A program made the translations under genes and the position numbers. A DNA stretch of 63,307 nucleotides, the filler included, from Basidioascus undulatus (lineage: Eukaryota): NCBI GenBank assembly GCA_000826855.1. It is 19 parts of 19 records of this genome, joined end to end, with 100 filler letters (N's around TTAATTAATTAA, not from the genome) between each part and the next. Parts side by side here need not be neighbours in the genome. Positions count along the whole stretch, not along the records: positions 40,919 to 43,078 come from JTLS01002898.1; positions 43,179 to 45,335 come from JTLS01002899.1; positions 45,436 to 47,591 come from JTLS01002900.1; positions 47,692 to 49,844 come from JTLS01002901.1; positions 49,945 to 52,097 come from JTLS01002902.1; positions 52,198 to 54,316 come from JTLS01002903.1; 13 more parts are not named here. One strand, given 5' to 3'. Under the pieces are notes generated by a model. That model had not been told where the DNA came from. It did not search any database and saw only the letters and a list, made by a program, of their open reading frames with translations. Positions 40,919-54,149 of the stretch are shown here, piece by piece. Position 1 is the stretch's first letter; the number at the start of each line of letters is the position of its first letter.

Positions 40919-43078
40919 TGGTGGTGTTGGGTTGTCACTGGCAGCTGGTGGGGAGTACCGAGATGCTCCCCAGCAGGTGACATGTTGCAGGCCAGTGGGC
41001 TTGATCCGGCACGACGTTTTCTGGCTAGCTGCGGTATGTATTCCGGGTGTTTTCACAATGTGCATTTGTTGCAACACTTACGTTGGCTTGCCACTGGTAG
41101 GATGTGACTGGTATCAGGTATGGCGTACGAAACACTCCCCAGCCACTGGCGTGTGGCAGGCCAGTGAGCTTAGGGGCACGTTCTCTGCTTATTGCGGTGT
41201 TCGCAATGAAGGTCTTGGTGATGATTCTTTGGTTGCATGAAAATCAGCTAATGGGTTCAAGGCACTACCACCCCCTCGCGATCCCCTCCGCACTCCTGCA
41301 ACCGCGCGCGTCCAGTCCCTCATCGCGGCAACTGAGGAGGAGCGTCATAAGCTTCGCCTCAGCCTTCACGCAGGCCGCCGTGGTGAAGTCAAAGGGTGCA
41401 GGAGAGCCGAAGACCAAGAAGAAGGGCGAGCAATGGAAGACGGACTTTCTCATGGGACCCGTTCAAGGCGTGTCTCGCCCCTTAACCTCGTCCGACGCTC
41501 GTCCCAAAACCTCGGGGGAGACGGCATCAAACTTTTTAACACTCCTTGAAAGGGACCCATGAGAAGGTGCCTCTCCCGCTGCTCGTACTCTTCCTTGCTG
41601 TTCGGCAGCGCCCCACCCTTCGCCCTCAGTACCGCGGCATGAAGGCGTTGTTATACTGCTGAAGAGCACGGCAGTGCAGGGCCAGTACGAGGTGCGCCAT
41701 GGGGCAGGCAGCTGGCTGCACTGACCCGCTGAGAGGTTCTGGCCGGATGCTTTCTGCACCGTTCTCCCAAATCACTTCCAGTAATGTAATCAAGAGGGAA
41801 ACAGGAGTGCGAAGTAGCTCACAAACACAAAGTAGGCGGCTCACCCCATCGGACATGGAACATTGCTGCTCGTGGCCAATGCTTTCACCTCGAATTTGTA
41901 CAATTGGTTGTTTTAAGCGTCCAAGCTCAGAGGGTTTACTTGTTCTGTTCAGTGCCAGTTTGTATTGTAGATACTGGTCCGGTCTGAGCGGTATGCATAC
42001 GGGGCATACAACTCAGGTTATAGAGAAAAAAGTTTTGTGACATGCACGATTGTCCCAAACTACATTGAGGAATACTCACAATCGGAACTACTATATGAAG
42101 CGGCTCGTTTCAGGACCGACTGGGATTTGTCAAACGCAAGCGGCCTGCGGATTAAACATCATTGCAACTTGTCGTCAGTGCTTTCGTCTTCAGCTTCTGC
42201 AACCCTTGGTTGAAGCCACGTTTTAAAAAACAAAATCCAACCACTGCGCACATCAAGAGGGTTTCTTGACCCCGTCAAGGCCCTGTCATGGCAGTGGTAT
42301 AGTCCAGACCCCGTCTGAGCCGTCTAAGCAGTCCACAGGCGAGTTGAAGTTCTTTCGACCCTGCAGTATTAACCAAGGGCAACCACTCTGTGGGATCCAT
42401 TCAGTGAATTTTGGGCTTGATCTGGTCTGTGGTTATGATTTCGAACGGAACCATTGACACATCCCCTGAGAGCGCAATGGCCTGCCCCGCATGTCGCTGC
42501 CTGCTGCTGGGGAGCGTCTCGCACTCCCTACCCGCTGTCAACGGCAAGACAGCATCGTCGTTAAATAAGGTTCAATACATGCAACCTTTATAGCCGGACA
42601 CCACACTACAGTGCGCGCCGCCGGCCTGCCACATGCCAGCTGCTGCGGAGTATTGCATACTCCAGACCTTCAGCTAATGGCAAGTTGGCGTCTTGTTGAT
42701 AGAAAAAAATTGGCGTCTTGGCAATAGAAGACTCAAAGTATGAATATGCAACGGCAAGACTTGTGCCTAAGCCTTAGCCGCACGCAGTACAGAGCGTGCC
42801 AGCCTGCCCCGTGCACCAATGCCAGCTGCTAGGGAGTGTCTTGTACTCGAAACCTGCTACTGGTGGCAAGCCAACATTAGTGTTGTAGCAAAAAAATATT
42901 GTAAAAACGCTTTCCAAGAAGAGCATACACCCCCGGAATACATACCGCAGCTAGCCAGAGAACGTCGTGCCGGATCAAGCCCACTGGCCTGCAACATGTC
43001 AGCTGGTGGGGAGCATCTCGGGGGAGCATCTCGGTACTCCCCACCAGCTGCCAGTGACAACCCAACCCAACGCCACCG
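40919..43078. mobile_element. Putative non-autonomous DNA transposon / foldback element with long inverted repeats and subterminal repeats
   Basis: 40919-41048 is a near-perfect reverse complement of ~42932-43077 (GTTGTCACTGGCAGCTGGTGGGGAGTACCGAGATGCTCCCC...GGCTAGCTGCGGTATGTATTCCGGG). Weaker inverted similarity extends to ~41165 / ~42800. No intact transposase ORF is visible. Confidence 0.75.
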
Positions 43079-43272
43079 NNNNNNNNNNNNNNNNNNNNNN
43101 NNNNNNNNNNNNNNNNNNNNNNTTAATTAATTAANNNNNNNNNNNNNNNNNNNNNNNNNNNNNNNNNNNNNNNNNNNNCAGTCTACTCGAATCCGCGACC
43201 TGAGATCTCTTCTCGCGAACCCCAACCCAGCCTACACCCCCCGCACCATCCCCATCCCAACCTAATCATCAG

Positions 43273-44130
43273 CTCGTCCAGCCCCCGCACTTCTCCCGCC
43301 CGCATCCCTCCAACAACCCCCGCCCCGCCTCTCCCCCTGGCGACAACGCCAGCGTCCTCACCCTCGCGTCCTCGAACGCAGCGGGCTACCGCCATGCTGC
43401 CGCACACTCGCAGCGCAAGGGGTCGGTGCACTCGTCCATCCAGGTGTACGGCGACGGCGGCGGACGGCCCAGCCTCGACGACGCGGATGCCGACGCGTCC
43501 GTCCGCGCCCTGCGGCCGCACAGTCGCCGCCCCAGCGCCGACAGCACTGCGAGCAGCAAGTGGAGCGCGGCCGTCCCCCTCGGCCTGACGACAGTCGCCA
43601 CCACGCCGTCCGAGCCGAACTTTGCGCCGAGGCCGCCGTCGCTGCACGCGCCCTCGGTCCGCACGAGCCACTCGATCCCGATCATGTCGAGCCCGCTCAA
43701 CCCCACCCAAACGCCCGTCATGCTCGCCGCCGCGATGGACGCCTCGCCGAGCTCGACGAACCACGAGCAGCTCTCACACCACCAGCACACGGACGACGAC
43801 CTGTCGACGCCCGAGGCAGAGAAGCGCGAGGACGAGCTCTCGCGTGCGACGAGACGCGCCGCAGCAAAGGACGACGACCAGCCAGCACCGGCGCCGCCTC
43901 ATGACCACCCGTCCGACGCGCAGCGACAGCCGCACGCGCTCGAGCATCCGCTGTATCCGGCTGGCCGGCGGTCGGCGGTGACGGTCGCGACGACTGCGGG
44001 GTCGTTCGTTACTGCGCGGTCGGGGGACTCGTTCGATGGCCGGTACTCTGATGAAGAGAGCGAGGGTAACTTGGATAACACCATCAGGCGGTCGTCCGAT
44101 CTCGCGAGGGCGGAGGTCGTCGTAGGGTAG
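43273..44130 (+). CDS. Conserved fungal hypothetical protein, last exon
   Basis: Open frame LVQPPHFSRPHPSNNPRPASPPGDNASVLTLASS...DADASVRALRPHSRRPS..SKWSA to TAG at 44130. I recall the DNASxLTLASS/ASVRAL motifs from fungal hypothetical proteins; function unknown. Confidence 0.65.
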   Translation, partial: LVQPPHFSRPHPSNNPRPASPPGDNASVLTLASSNAAGYRHAAAHSQRKGSVHSSIQVYGDGGGRPSLDDADADASVRALRPHSRRPSADSTASSKWSAAVPLGLTTVATTPSEPNFAPRPPSLHAPSVRTSHSIPIMSSPLNPTQTPVMLAAAMDASPSSTNHEQLSHHQHTDDDLSTPEAEKREDELSRATRRAAAKDDDQPAPAPPHDHPSDAQRQPHALEHPLYPAGRRSAVTVATTAGSFVTARSGDSFDGRYSDEESEGNLDNTIRRSSDLARAEVVVG

Positions 44131-44570
44131 GGCGGTTGTGGGCCGGGAATGGACATTATGTTGGCTACGGCTCTTTGACATTCTTTCGGTATGCGAGCGC
44201 CCTTTCTTGGTAAGACATTGCCCTGTTATATGTACAACATCGTTCTTTACTGCATTGCGCTGTCTTGTGGGCAAAGAAGAGTCTTTAGAAACGTCGGCGC
44301 TGGACAACGCTGGGCAATTGCCGCTGTGTCAGGAGATGTTTCGCGCCTCTCCGCGCGCGAAGGCAACGCGGCGGCGGCTTGCCCCTCACCCTCGACCAAC
44401 TCAGCCGTCTTCTCCACGCCAACATCACCGCCGCCAATTCCGCAGCTGGAGTATCACAGCAAAGCGCGTTGGACCCTGAATCCACAGTCTATCTCTCCAT
44501 CGCTCCCTCATTCCCCATACCACAAGCGAGCCTCGGTAGTCCACGCCCTTCTCCGCCCAGCTCGCCAGCA

Positions 44571-45335
<765 letters not shown>

Positions 45336-45435
45336 NNNNNNNNNNNNNNNNNNNNNNNNNNNNNNNNNNNNNNNNNNNNTTAATTAATTAANNNNNNNNN
45401 NNNNNNNNNNNNNNNNNNNNNNNNNNNNNNNNNNN

Positions 45436-45763
45436 GGAGGGAGGAGAGGACGCACGGCGCTGCGAGAGGACTTCGATCTCTGCTTCGAGCGGACGCACGT
45501 CCTTCTTGATCAGCTGCGTCTCGCGCATTTTGGCGCGCTCGGCTTTGTTCTGTAACCCCACCCCCAAACCCCACCACCATCAGCCTTCTTCCTACAAAAC
45601 CCTCAGTCCCAAGAGACCCACCCGCTTCAGCTCCTTCTGGCGCATCGCCTTGCCTGCCCACTCCTCTCGCGTCAGCCTGCTGCCCGCCCGACCCCCGAAT
45701 GTACACCAGAGCAGACGCACGGTGCGCATCGGCCGGGTTAGCGCTCTTCCCCTTCTTGGCCAT
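45436..45763 (-). CDS. WBP11: WW-domain binding protein 11 (Wbp11/Npw38BP) N-terminus, 3' truncated
   Basis: MAKKGKSANPADAH|RKAMRQKELKR|NKAERAKMRETQLIKKDVRPLEAEIEVL matches the Wbp11 NPADxxRKxxRxKELKKNK pattern. Confidence 0.8.
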
Positions 45764-46551
45764 CCTAGCGGGTGTGCGGAGTGAGTGAAGGGGGATGGGT
45801 GAGTGTAATTGAGGTAAGGTGGTCGGGATGGAGGCGAGGTGAGGCGAGGACGCGATGGAGTCGCGTCGGGCCGAAATACGTGTCGCGGGGAATTCAGGGG
45901 GCCGAAAGGGGTTTCGAGGGCGACTGCGTGCATTCGAATTTGAAAGTTGTAGAAAGCGTCTTTGCAAATATGTCCAGTGGCTGATAGTGAGATTACTTGC
46001 TACAAAAATGCTTGAAGAAACTGTTTCCACTCAGTGTATGGAAGCGGTTCTCGCTGTATGGGAACGAGGCGGCACCAGTGCCACACGGAACGAAGACGAG
46101 GACCGGGGCAGTGCGCGTGCGAGTCTAGTGGGGGTTGCACGGCTGTGTGATCAGCTTGACCAAGACATATAATTTCATCCATGCCGGTGTATGGACAAGA
46201 AACACTGTAGAAGGAGGACGAGGTGACCAAAGAAGGCGCATCAAGCCCGAGGGCGTCAGCATCGCACGGGCAACACCGCTCGATGCTGCAGGAATGGACC
46301 CTGTCTTCGGCCTAAGTCCTGCAAGACCTCTGAGCCCAACCTAACCAACCTTGATATTTATGGTTCCTAAAGCAGATTCACCAGTTTCTCTCCTCGCTCT
46401 CTGCCTTTGATTGACGGACATCGAGCCGACCGCGGCACTCGCACGTGAATGGTTACGCAAACCCGATAACGCACTCGCCACTCGACGCAGTCACCATCGC
46501 CATCACCTGTCTCCTCTCCGTTCTCCTCTCACATCAAACGCCGCCTCTCCG

Positions 46552-47591
46552 ATGCGGATCCACTCGTGCTCCTCCCCTCCTCCCCAGCAGCCGTGCTTCC
46601 CTCGCGCCGGTACGGGAGCGGGACAGACGGGACAGACCGCTGCGCGCTGGACGCGGACGCTGCTCGACCTCCCGCTGGACGTGCTCGATGTTGTGCTTGG
46701 GTTTTTGGAGGTGCTGGATTGCATAAGGGTATCGCAGGTGCGTTATACTCTTCAAAGTTTCCCGCAGTTTACGCTGAGGACGTTATGCTGCTGGTAGACA
46801 TGCAAGACCCTCCACACCCTCCTCCTCCGCCCGCGCTATCTCCTCCCGCTCTCCCTGCACTCCTCGGGCCTGCTCCCTACGCGCTCCCCTCACTCCCACC
46901 ACGCCCTCCTCTCCCTCCTGCTCACCTCCCACCGTCTCCGCCGCGCCCAGCCGACCTCGCACACCCTCCTCCTGCACGGGCACCTCTCTGCCGCGCGCGC
47001 GGGGCTCCCCCCCGGCGCGCCAGAGTATGGGGAGGACGAGGAGGCGGGGGCGGGGTTCAATGCGCATTTGCCGGGTGGGCAGGTGGCGCTGTCGGGTGTT
47101 GGACAGAAGGGGGCTTTCGTGGGCGTGTGGGACTTTGGTGCGGAGAGAGCGGGGAAGGGGAAGGAGGACGGGGGGATGCGGGTGCGCAGGCCGACTCGGC
47201 GGATAGAGCTGGAAGAATCAGGCTGGGAAGTCCGCGACGTCCTCCCCGACGAGGCGCAGGACCTCCTCCTCATCCTCGCCCAGCGTGCCGCGTCCCCCTC
47301 GGCGCAGTACCGCATCGCGTTCCGCCGCTTGTCCTCCGACGGCAGCGCGCCGCACCCGCTCGCGAGGAAGGAGTCGTTTACGGATCCGTTGATGAGCCCG
47401 TTTGACGGGGAGGATGTCGGGGCGGGGCCGGCGGTGGAGGTTTGTGGGAGGTGGCTGTGCTTTCGGACTACGGGGGAGGGACCGGCGGGGGTGTGGGATT
47501 GGAGGGGCGGGATGAGGAGGGTTTGGGTGCGTGGCTTTCTTCGCTTTCTCTTTTTCCTTCGACTTACGTGAGGAGGTGTTGAATTGATGAA
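46552..47591 (+). CDS. F-box domain protein, 3' truncated
   Basis: LLDLPLDVLDVVLGFLEVLDCIRVSQ|TCKTLHTLL F-box. Downstream segment DEAQDLLLIL..YRIAFRRLSSDGSAPHPLA. Confidence 0.75.
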
Positions 47592-47691
47592 NNNNNNNNN
47601 NNNNNNNNNNNNNNNNNNNNNNNNNNNNNNNNNNNTTAATTAATTAANNNNNNNNNNNNNNNNNNNNNNNNNNNNNNNNNNNNNNNNNNNN

Positions 47692-49844
47692 GATGACCTT
47701 CGTGCGTTCTTCCTCGCCTGTCTCCCCCGCACCACCACCGCCCAGCACGCCCATAACCACACCCCTCACGCGCTCCCTTGCACCAGGATCCGCGCGCCTT
47801 ACGAACCGCATCAGGTCCTCCTCGAGCGGGGCTGCGTCCGCCGCTGCAGGCGGGCGCGCGCGGAGGAGCGCGTGGAGCGCACCTGTCACGGGTGGGCGGA
47901 GGGCGGTTGGGAGCGAGCGGAGGAGGAGCGGGCGGAGGAGAGTCTGCGCGAGGCTCGCGAGCGCCTGGGCCGTGGCGGGGTCCGAGGACCCGAGCCCCGT
48001 GCGGGAAAGCCACTCGCCCCACGCTTTCAAGGAGTCCGCGAGCTCTTCAAGCGCGGGCCAGCCGCGGTCGGCTGCCTCGCGCAGGAGCGCGAGGAGCGCG
48101 GGCCAGAGCGGGTGGTTGTCCCGTGCGGCGCCGAGGAGGGAGGAGGGGTATGTTTTGGGAACCGAGGAAATGGTGGAGAGGACGCGCGTGGGGAGGGTCG
48201 GGTGCTGGTACAGGTCGGAGGGGAGGAGCTGGAGGAGGGAGGAGAGCGTGTGCAGGACGAAGGAAGAGAAGGACGGGGCGGGCTTGCCGAGGTGCTCGCC
48301 TGCGGGTGGCACATGCTGGGTTCAGCATTGAGGAAAGTGGTCAAGAGAAAGGAGGCAGAAGGCTTCAAACTCACCAGGCAAATTAGTATCTACATCCATC
48401 AATCCCCCGACAATCTCCAGCACCGTCCCCACGCCGCTCTCAAACTCCTCCTCCTCATCGATGGCCCTCCTCCTGCCCCTCTGCCCCGCAAACCACCCCT
48501 CCCAGATCCCCGCGAGCACGCCGCCCACCTCGGTCCTGACCGTCTGCTCGCCCACGCTCTCAAACCCTATCTCAAGGAAGGGCACAAGGGCCGCCACGAC
48601 CTCGAGCGCGGCGAGAGCGATCTCGGGGCGCGCGCGGTACACATCCGCGGCGAGGTGCGGGAGCGCGGGGAGGAGCGGCGCGAGGAGCGTGTAAGTCGGG
48701 AGGAACGTGCGCGGGGTGATGGACCGCGCGACGGCGAGGAGGATGTCGAGCGCGATCGTCACTTGCGTGAGGACCGGGTGCGTCTGCGCGTCGCGCAGGA
48801 AGGTGGGCGCGCCAGTCGTGGATGCCAGGCGCACCTGCACGTCGCCCGCGATGGTGCGGAGGAAGGCCTTGCGCGTGGAAGGGTCGTCCACGCGCGCGAT
48901 GACTTTTATGCAGGACTCGAGGAGCGGGCTGCGCGCGTCGGACGGCCAGGTGGAGAGCCCGGCAAGGACGGTGTCGATGATTGTCCCGAAGGAGGGCAGG
49001 GGCGCGACGGCGGGGGGGAGCGCGGCGATCGTGCGGGAGATGGCGAGGAGGACGTCTGGGTCGGCGCACCACTGGAGGAGCGCGAGGCGGAGGTGCGCGA
49101 GGAGGTGCGGGAGGAGGGAGGAGGAGGAGGGCGCGAAGAGCGCGTGCAGGGCCGTGCTCGCGGACGGGGAGACGAGAGGGTACGTCCGCAGGAAGCGCGC
49201 CCAGAACCCACCCCAGATCGCGGCACTCACGAGTGGGGAGCCGAGCTGGGCGGCGTCAACACTCGTCGTCCGCTCCGTCAGGCGCAGCACGCCCTCCACA
49301 ACGTCCTTCACCAGCGCGGCCTCCGCCTCGCCGCAGAGCATGGGCGACACCGCGGGCTCCTCGCCCGCCCCGGAGTCGGCGAGGATCGCGCCGGCGAGGA
49401 CGAGCGCGGAGTGCAGGCGGTCGAGGATTGCGGGATTCGGGGAGAGAGGGTCGAGGGCCGCGAGGAGGGCGAGGAGCGGCGGGAGGATGGAGGATGGGGA
49501 GAGGCGCGCGAGCTGCGCGAGCGGCTCGAGGATCGCCGTCTCTTCGCCGGACGACGTGTCTTCGTCCTCGTCCTCCTCCTCGTCGGCGGGAGAGATGCCC
49601 GACGACCCGATCTTTGCGCCCATCCACCCTTGGACCACCTGCACGCTCATCTCGCGCACGGCGCCCTCCCACGCCTCGCCCGCCGACGCGCTGACGATGA
49701 GCGTCCACGCAGCGAGAAACTCGGCGAGCGCCTCGTCGCCCTCCTCTGCGGGGGCGCCGAGGGTGGCGCCGCCCAGGGCAAAGAGGGTGGAGAGGTAGGA
49801 GGGAAGGGGGAAGGCCAGGAAGCAAAGTAACAATTTCAATATCG
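47692..49844 (-). CDS. HEAT/ARM-repeat karyopherin, exportin-4-like, internal/C-terminal part
   Basis: Long Leu/Ala-rich helical ORFs (48322-49839, 47644-48312). The acidic patch before LAQLARL, SPLVSAAIWGGFWARFLRTY and GRRRAIDEEEEFE resemble exportin-4 segments as I recall them. Confidence 0.55.
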
Positions 49845-49944
49845 NNNNNNNNNNNNNNNNNNNNNNNNNNNNNNNNNNNNNNNNNNNNTTAATTAATTAA
49901 NNNNNNNNNNNNNNNNNNNNNNNNNNNNNNNNNNNNNNNNNNNN

Positions 49945-52097
49945 CCTCCCAAGCCGCCATCCGAGGAGCCAGAATCGGACTCCGCAGTGCGTCTTCCACT
50001 CTCCCCATTCGCCGCCATCCCGCAAACCCACAGGCTGATGGTGCTGTCGCCGCGTTCCCAGGCCCCCGACCGCGACGACCGCCCGCGCGCGTACCTCTCC
50101 CTCCTCCGCCGGCTGCTCGACCAGCAGATCCCGCGCGTCGACGCGTCCAAGGACCGCGACCGCGCGCACGCGTTTGCGCGCTTCGTCCTCGACCTGCCCG
50201 AGATCGACCCCTCGTCTGTGAGGCGGTTCGGGGAGATGTGCTTGGATGCTGAGAGGTGCGTCTGCGGGGCGGGGATGTGAAGGGAGGTGGAGGGAGAAGA
50301 AGGCGAGTGAGCTCTGCTGATGGGATGATGGGAATGGGATGCGTGGGCGACAGTGGACGCGCACCGGCGGGGTTCTCGACGCTTAGGGATATTGTGAACC
50401 TGCGTCCGCCGGCGAGGGATGAGGCGCTTGGGACGCTGCTTGAGTTGACTACGCATCAAGGTATGCTTTAGAGATAGAAGGAAGGAAGGAAAGGATGTTG
50501 ATGGTTGGGCGGCGGTTCAGATACCCGGATACGACGCGCGGCGGTCAACACCGTCCGGCGGTGGGTGCCCGACGTCCAGCCCATGGCAGACACGACGCGG
50601 GCGTTTGCGCTGCAGAGCCTGCGCGCGCTCGAGGGCGATGAGGGCGAAGCGCGCTTGCCTCCCCGCCCGCCGCCGCCGTCGCCGCCAGCTACGAAACCGG
50701 AGGGCGAGGGAGAAGCTGGGGAGCCAATGGAGGAGGGGGAGGCACCGGCGGAGGTGAATCCCAAGGCGCTCGAGGAAGAGCACAGGGCTGCGATCGAGGC
50801 GCGCGTGCTGGAATACGTTGAGCTCGTCTTTTCGCTTTGCGTTAAGGTGCCGGACCTCTTGGACGAGTGCGTAGTGTTTTAACCGTCTTTCACTGCGCTT
50901 GCTGACCCGCTTCGCCCGTACAGTGTCTTCTCCTCCTACACGCGCATGTGTCCGCCCGTGCAAGAAGCGCTCCAGTCCGCGATCAGCCCGCTGATCAAGG
51001 GCCTCGGCCCGACGAACGGCAAGCTGCTCACCGTCTTGCGCACGTTCCCGCCCGAGGCCGAGCCCCTCGCGCTCCGCATCCTCAACGTTCTCACCGACTT
51101 TGGGCGCGAGCGTCCCAGCGCGCCTGTCGTCGCGCTCGTCAAGTCCCTCGGCGCCGAGCGCGAGCTCGACCCGAGGTTCTTGATTCCTGTGCTGGGGGAG
51201 ATGGACAAGGTGCGTTGGCATTTACGTTTTGTGGGGGACGCAAAGCTGATGGGATGGCATGCGTGGATTGGATGGAATAGTCGGAGATCCAGAAACAGCT
51301 ACCGCGCATCGTCCGCATGCTCAACGGCACGCCCGAGAACAAGGCCCTCGTCCGAACCGTCTTCAGCACCGTCGTCACCCCGCCGCCCTCGTTCGGCGTT
51401 GTCAACACGAACCAGCCGCGCCCGCGCGAGCTCAAGGACGAGACGATCTCGCCAAGCGAGCTGCTCGTGCTGCTGCATGAGCACGAGACGGACATTGGCC
51501 TCAAGAGCACTATCGAAGGTGCGTGTGGTGGAGCTGGCAGGTGAGCAGAGGTGCAAGGAGGCTGATGAGAGCGGGTCGGGGATAGCGATCGGGATCTGCT
51601 TCTCGATGACCGACGTGTTCAGAAGCGACGTCCTCGCAGTGTTCATGCAGTCGGTCTCGGAGGCTGCGACGTTGCCGAGGTTGTTCTTGCGGACTGTGAG
51701 TTTCTTCCTCGCTGCAGTTCGTCTTGCGCGTCGCGTTCGTCGCTGAATGCGCCACTTCCGCAGGTCATCCAAGCCGTCTCGACGTACAAGACGCTCGTGC
51801 CCTTCGTCTCGACAAACCTGTTCTCCCGGCTGATCACCAAGAAGATCTGGACGAACGCCGAGCTCTGGACGGGCTTCGTGCGCTGCGCAAAGCTCATCGC
51901 GCCCCACTCGTTCGGCGCGCTTCTCCAGCTCCCGCGCGAGCAGCTCCGCGACGTCATCGTCAAGCAGCCCGGACTCAAGACGGGCCTCCAGGAGTACATC
52001 GTCAAGAAGGCGCCCAAGGCCGTGCACGCGCTCAAGATCTTCGAGGAGGACGCTGACGGCGTGGGAGGTGCGGACGCCACGCCTGCCACGCCCGGGC
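49945..52097 (+). CDS. PTA1: Symplekin/Pta1 (mRNA cleavage and polyadenylation scaffold), C-terminal part
   Basis: FARFVLDLPE, GFSTLRDIVNLRPPARDEAL..LLELTTH, LDPRFLIPVL, ISPSELLVLLH, LPRLFLRT|VIQAV, LFSRLITKKIW..LWTGFVRCAK..SFGALLQLPREQL. Confidence 0.92.
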
Positions 52098-52344
52098 NNN
52101 NNNNNNNNNNNNNNNNNNNNNNNNNNNNNNNNNNNNNNNNNTTAATTAATTAANNNNNNNNNNNNNNNNNNNNNNNNNNNNNNNNNNNNNNNNNNNNCCT
52201 CTTTGCCTCAAGCTTGACGAGACGTATGATTGCGGGTGTGGGCCGGAGAAGAAGGCTGACGAGGGCGGGAAGGGGAAGGAGGGCGTGGGGGAGGTGAATA
52301 GGTGGTGCGTTGCCCCCTTTCCCGTTCCACCCTCTTTTCTCCAA

Positions 52345-52763
52345 GACGTAGTGGGCTCACTGCGCTGTCGGTGGTGGTGTGAAGGCTCGACGCCGCGCGG
52401 GAGGCGTACCAGGCTTCTTTAGGGATCCAGGACATCTCTACCCCCTCCACGTCGACGCTGCACATCGCATTCTCCCCTCCCTCCACAACCTCCTCCTCCG
52501 GCGACAAACCATGCACACTTGTGCTCACACTCAACCCCGCATCCTGGCGGCTCCTCTCCGGCTCCGTGCGTCCCCTGCCTTCCCCAATCCTCTTGCGCTT
52601 TCACGGGGGACTGACTTCGATTCGATGTTGAACACAGCTCGTCAACGCTCCACCCGGCGTGGACGTCTCCGATGCGGTCGAGCGCGCTAAGGTCAACGAC
52701 GACGCTGTGCGGCTCATCCAGGAGGTGTTTTGGCGCTTGCGGGGCGGCGGCGGCTGGGCGTGA
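52345..52763 (+). CDS. C-terminal exons of a hypothetical protein (possibly an RWD-like kinetochore subunit)
   Basis: RLDAAREAYQASLGIQDISTPSTSTLHIAF..CTLVLTLNPASWRLLSG|LVNAPPGVDVSDAVERAKVNDDAVRLIQEVFWRL..*. The family call is tentative. Confidence 0.45.
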
Positions 52764-52932
52764 CAGAGACGCACGCGCAACTCGGTATTCTGACGCTTTC
52801 GATTTTCTTTGCGCCCATTGTTTCCTGTTTTCGATTTTCAATGCAGTGTTGTATGATTCTTTCGGACGATTTTGCGGTGCTTTCGGGCAGGCCGTGGGCG
52901 CTGGACTGCTATGCGGTGCTGGGGCAGCGGCC

Positions 52933-53400
52933 CATCGTGCTCGACTGGTGCTGGTACCCTCTCAAACCGACCTTTCCGGAGTTGTCTGACATGGCCATTT
53001 AAGCACATAGAACAGGCGCATCGAAAGCGAGCCTTTCTGTCAGAGGGCAGGCTGTGTTGTCTCCCTTCAACCTCGAGCATCGTGCTTGGCTGGTGCTGGT
53101 GCCTTACCAGGCGGACACTGTTACCGGCGCTCCGTGAGATGGGGAATAAGGGTGAGGAAGGGGCGCCTCTGAAGCGAGCCTTTCAGAGGGCAGGCTGCCT
53201 TCCAGAGCACAGATAGCAGCTACCTTCGCAGTCATACCTCGGCACCGTGCCTGAATGGTGCTGGTGCCTTATGAGACGGAAAATATTACCGGCGCTGTCC
53301 GGCCTGGGAAGTAAAAATTATAAAGGGGTGCATCGGAAGCGAGCGTTTCTGCCAGAGGGCAGGCTGCCTTGCAGAGCACAGATGCTCCCTTGGCGTACCT
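52933..53400. repeat. Three imperfect ~145-165 bp tandem repeats
   Basis: Units start at ~52933, ~53079 and ~53243. They share CA[TC]CGTGC..TGGTGCTGGT[AG]CC and AAGCGAGC.TTTC..AGAGGGCAGGCTG. Confidence 0.85.
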
Positions 53401-53699
53401 CGACCATCCTTCGGTTGCGCTCATGCAGAGGGTTCACGGATTTTTATGTCTATGGGAATTGCCACAGACAGGAACGACTTCAAACAGTCTGGATAGTTTA
53501 GACAGTATACAAAGAAGACAAGTAGATATCTATGGAAGACAGCGCGTGACCAACCTCGCTCTTCTGAAGGCCTTTTTGTACAAATCAGGGTGGACTCAAA
53601 ACATCACCTCTAATCACTGCTCGACACAGATCCACGCCCCCCAGGTTCCCATAAAATAGAGACAAGCTCACTGCACTGGAGGAGGGCGAAGGAAGAGGA

Positions 53700-54060
53700 G
53701 AATTGGCGGTGCTGGAAACAGAGATGCAAGGTAATCCTTCGCCATCACCACAACGAGTACCTTGAAGCGACGTTAGTCATACTGTTTGATTAAATTCTTC
53801 CATCATATTTCAGCAATAGTTGCAGCGGTACATTCAAGAAGAGCAGACTCACCAGCCAACAACATAGAGGATCACCCAGAAACTCCTGTCCATACCCTCC
53901 GGCTCAAATCAAATCTGCAGCTCCGTTCTCGGCCTCTAACTGCTGAAATGTACCCTTAATGGTCCGCTACTCCTTAAAGAAGCAAGTATTTCCTGATGGC
54001 CGCCAGAGGCTGGACCTTTGCTTCTGCCTGGCAACCCCTTTAAGACATGGAAAGTCTACA
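53700..54060 (-). mobile_element. Degenerate hAT-like transposase C-terminal (dimerisation domain) remnant
   Basis: Minus strand reads EFLGDPLCCWL (53853-53885), a GTGAGT intron, then VLVVVMAKDYLA (~53724-53760), resembling hAT DPLxWW...LxxMAxDYLA. Stops are present and the region is AT-richer. Confidence 0.55.
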
Positions 54061-54149
54061 AAGTTTCTGTCTACCCACTCCGACAGACAACATATTCAAT
54101 ATAAACAACTCTAAAGAAAGACAAAAATATAGGAAGACAGAAACATGGG

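Noticed and set aside
47872..49830. 652-aa plus-strand ORF rich in R/G/E
   Set aside because: Antisense shadow of the GC-rich minus-strand HEAT-repeat gene; many long overlapping ORFs in the track are the same artefact.
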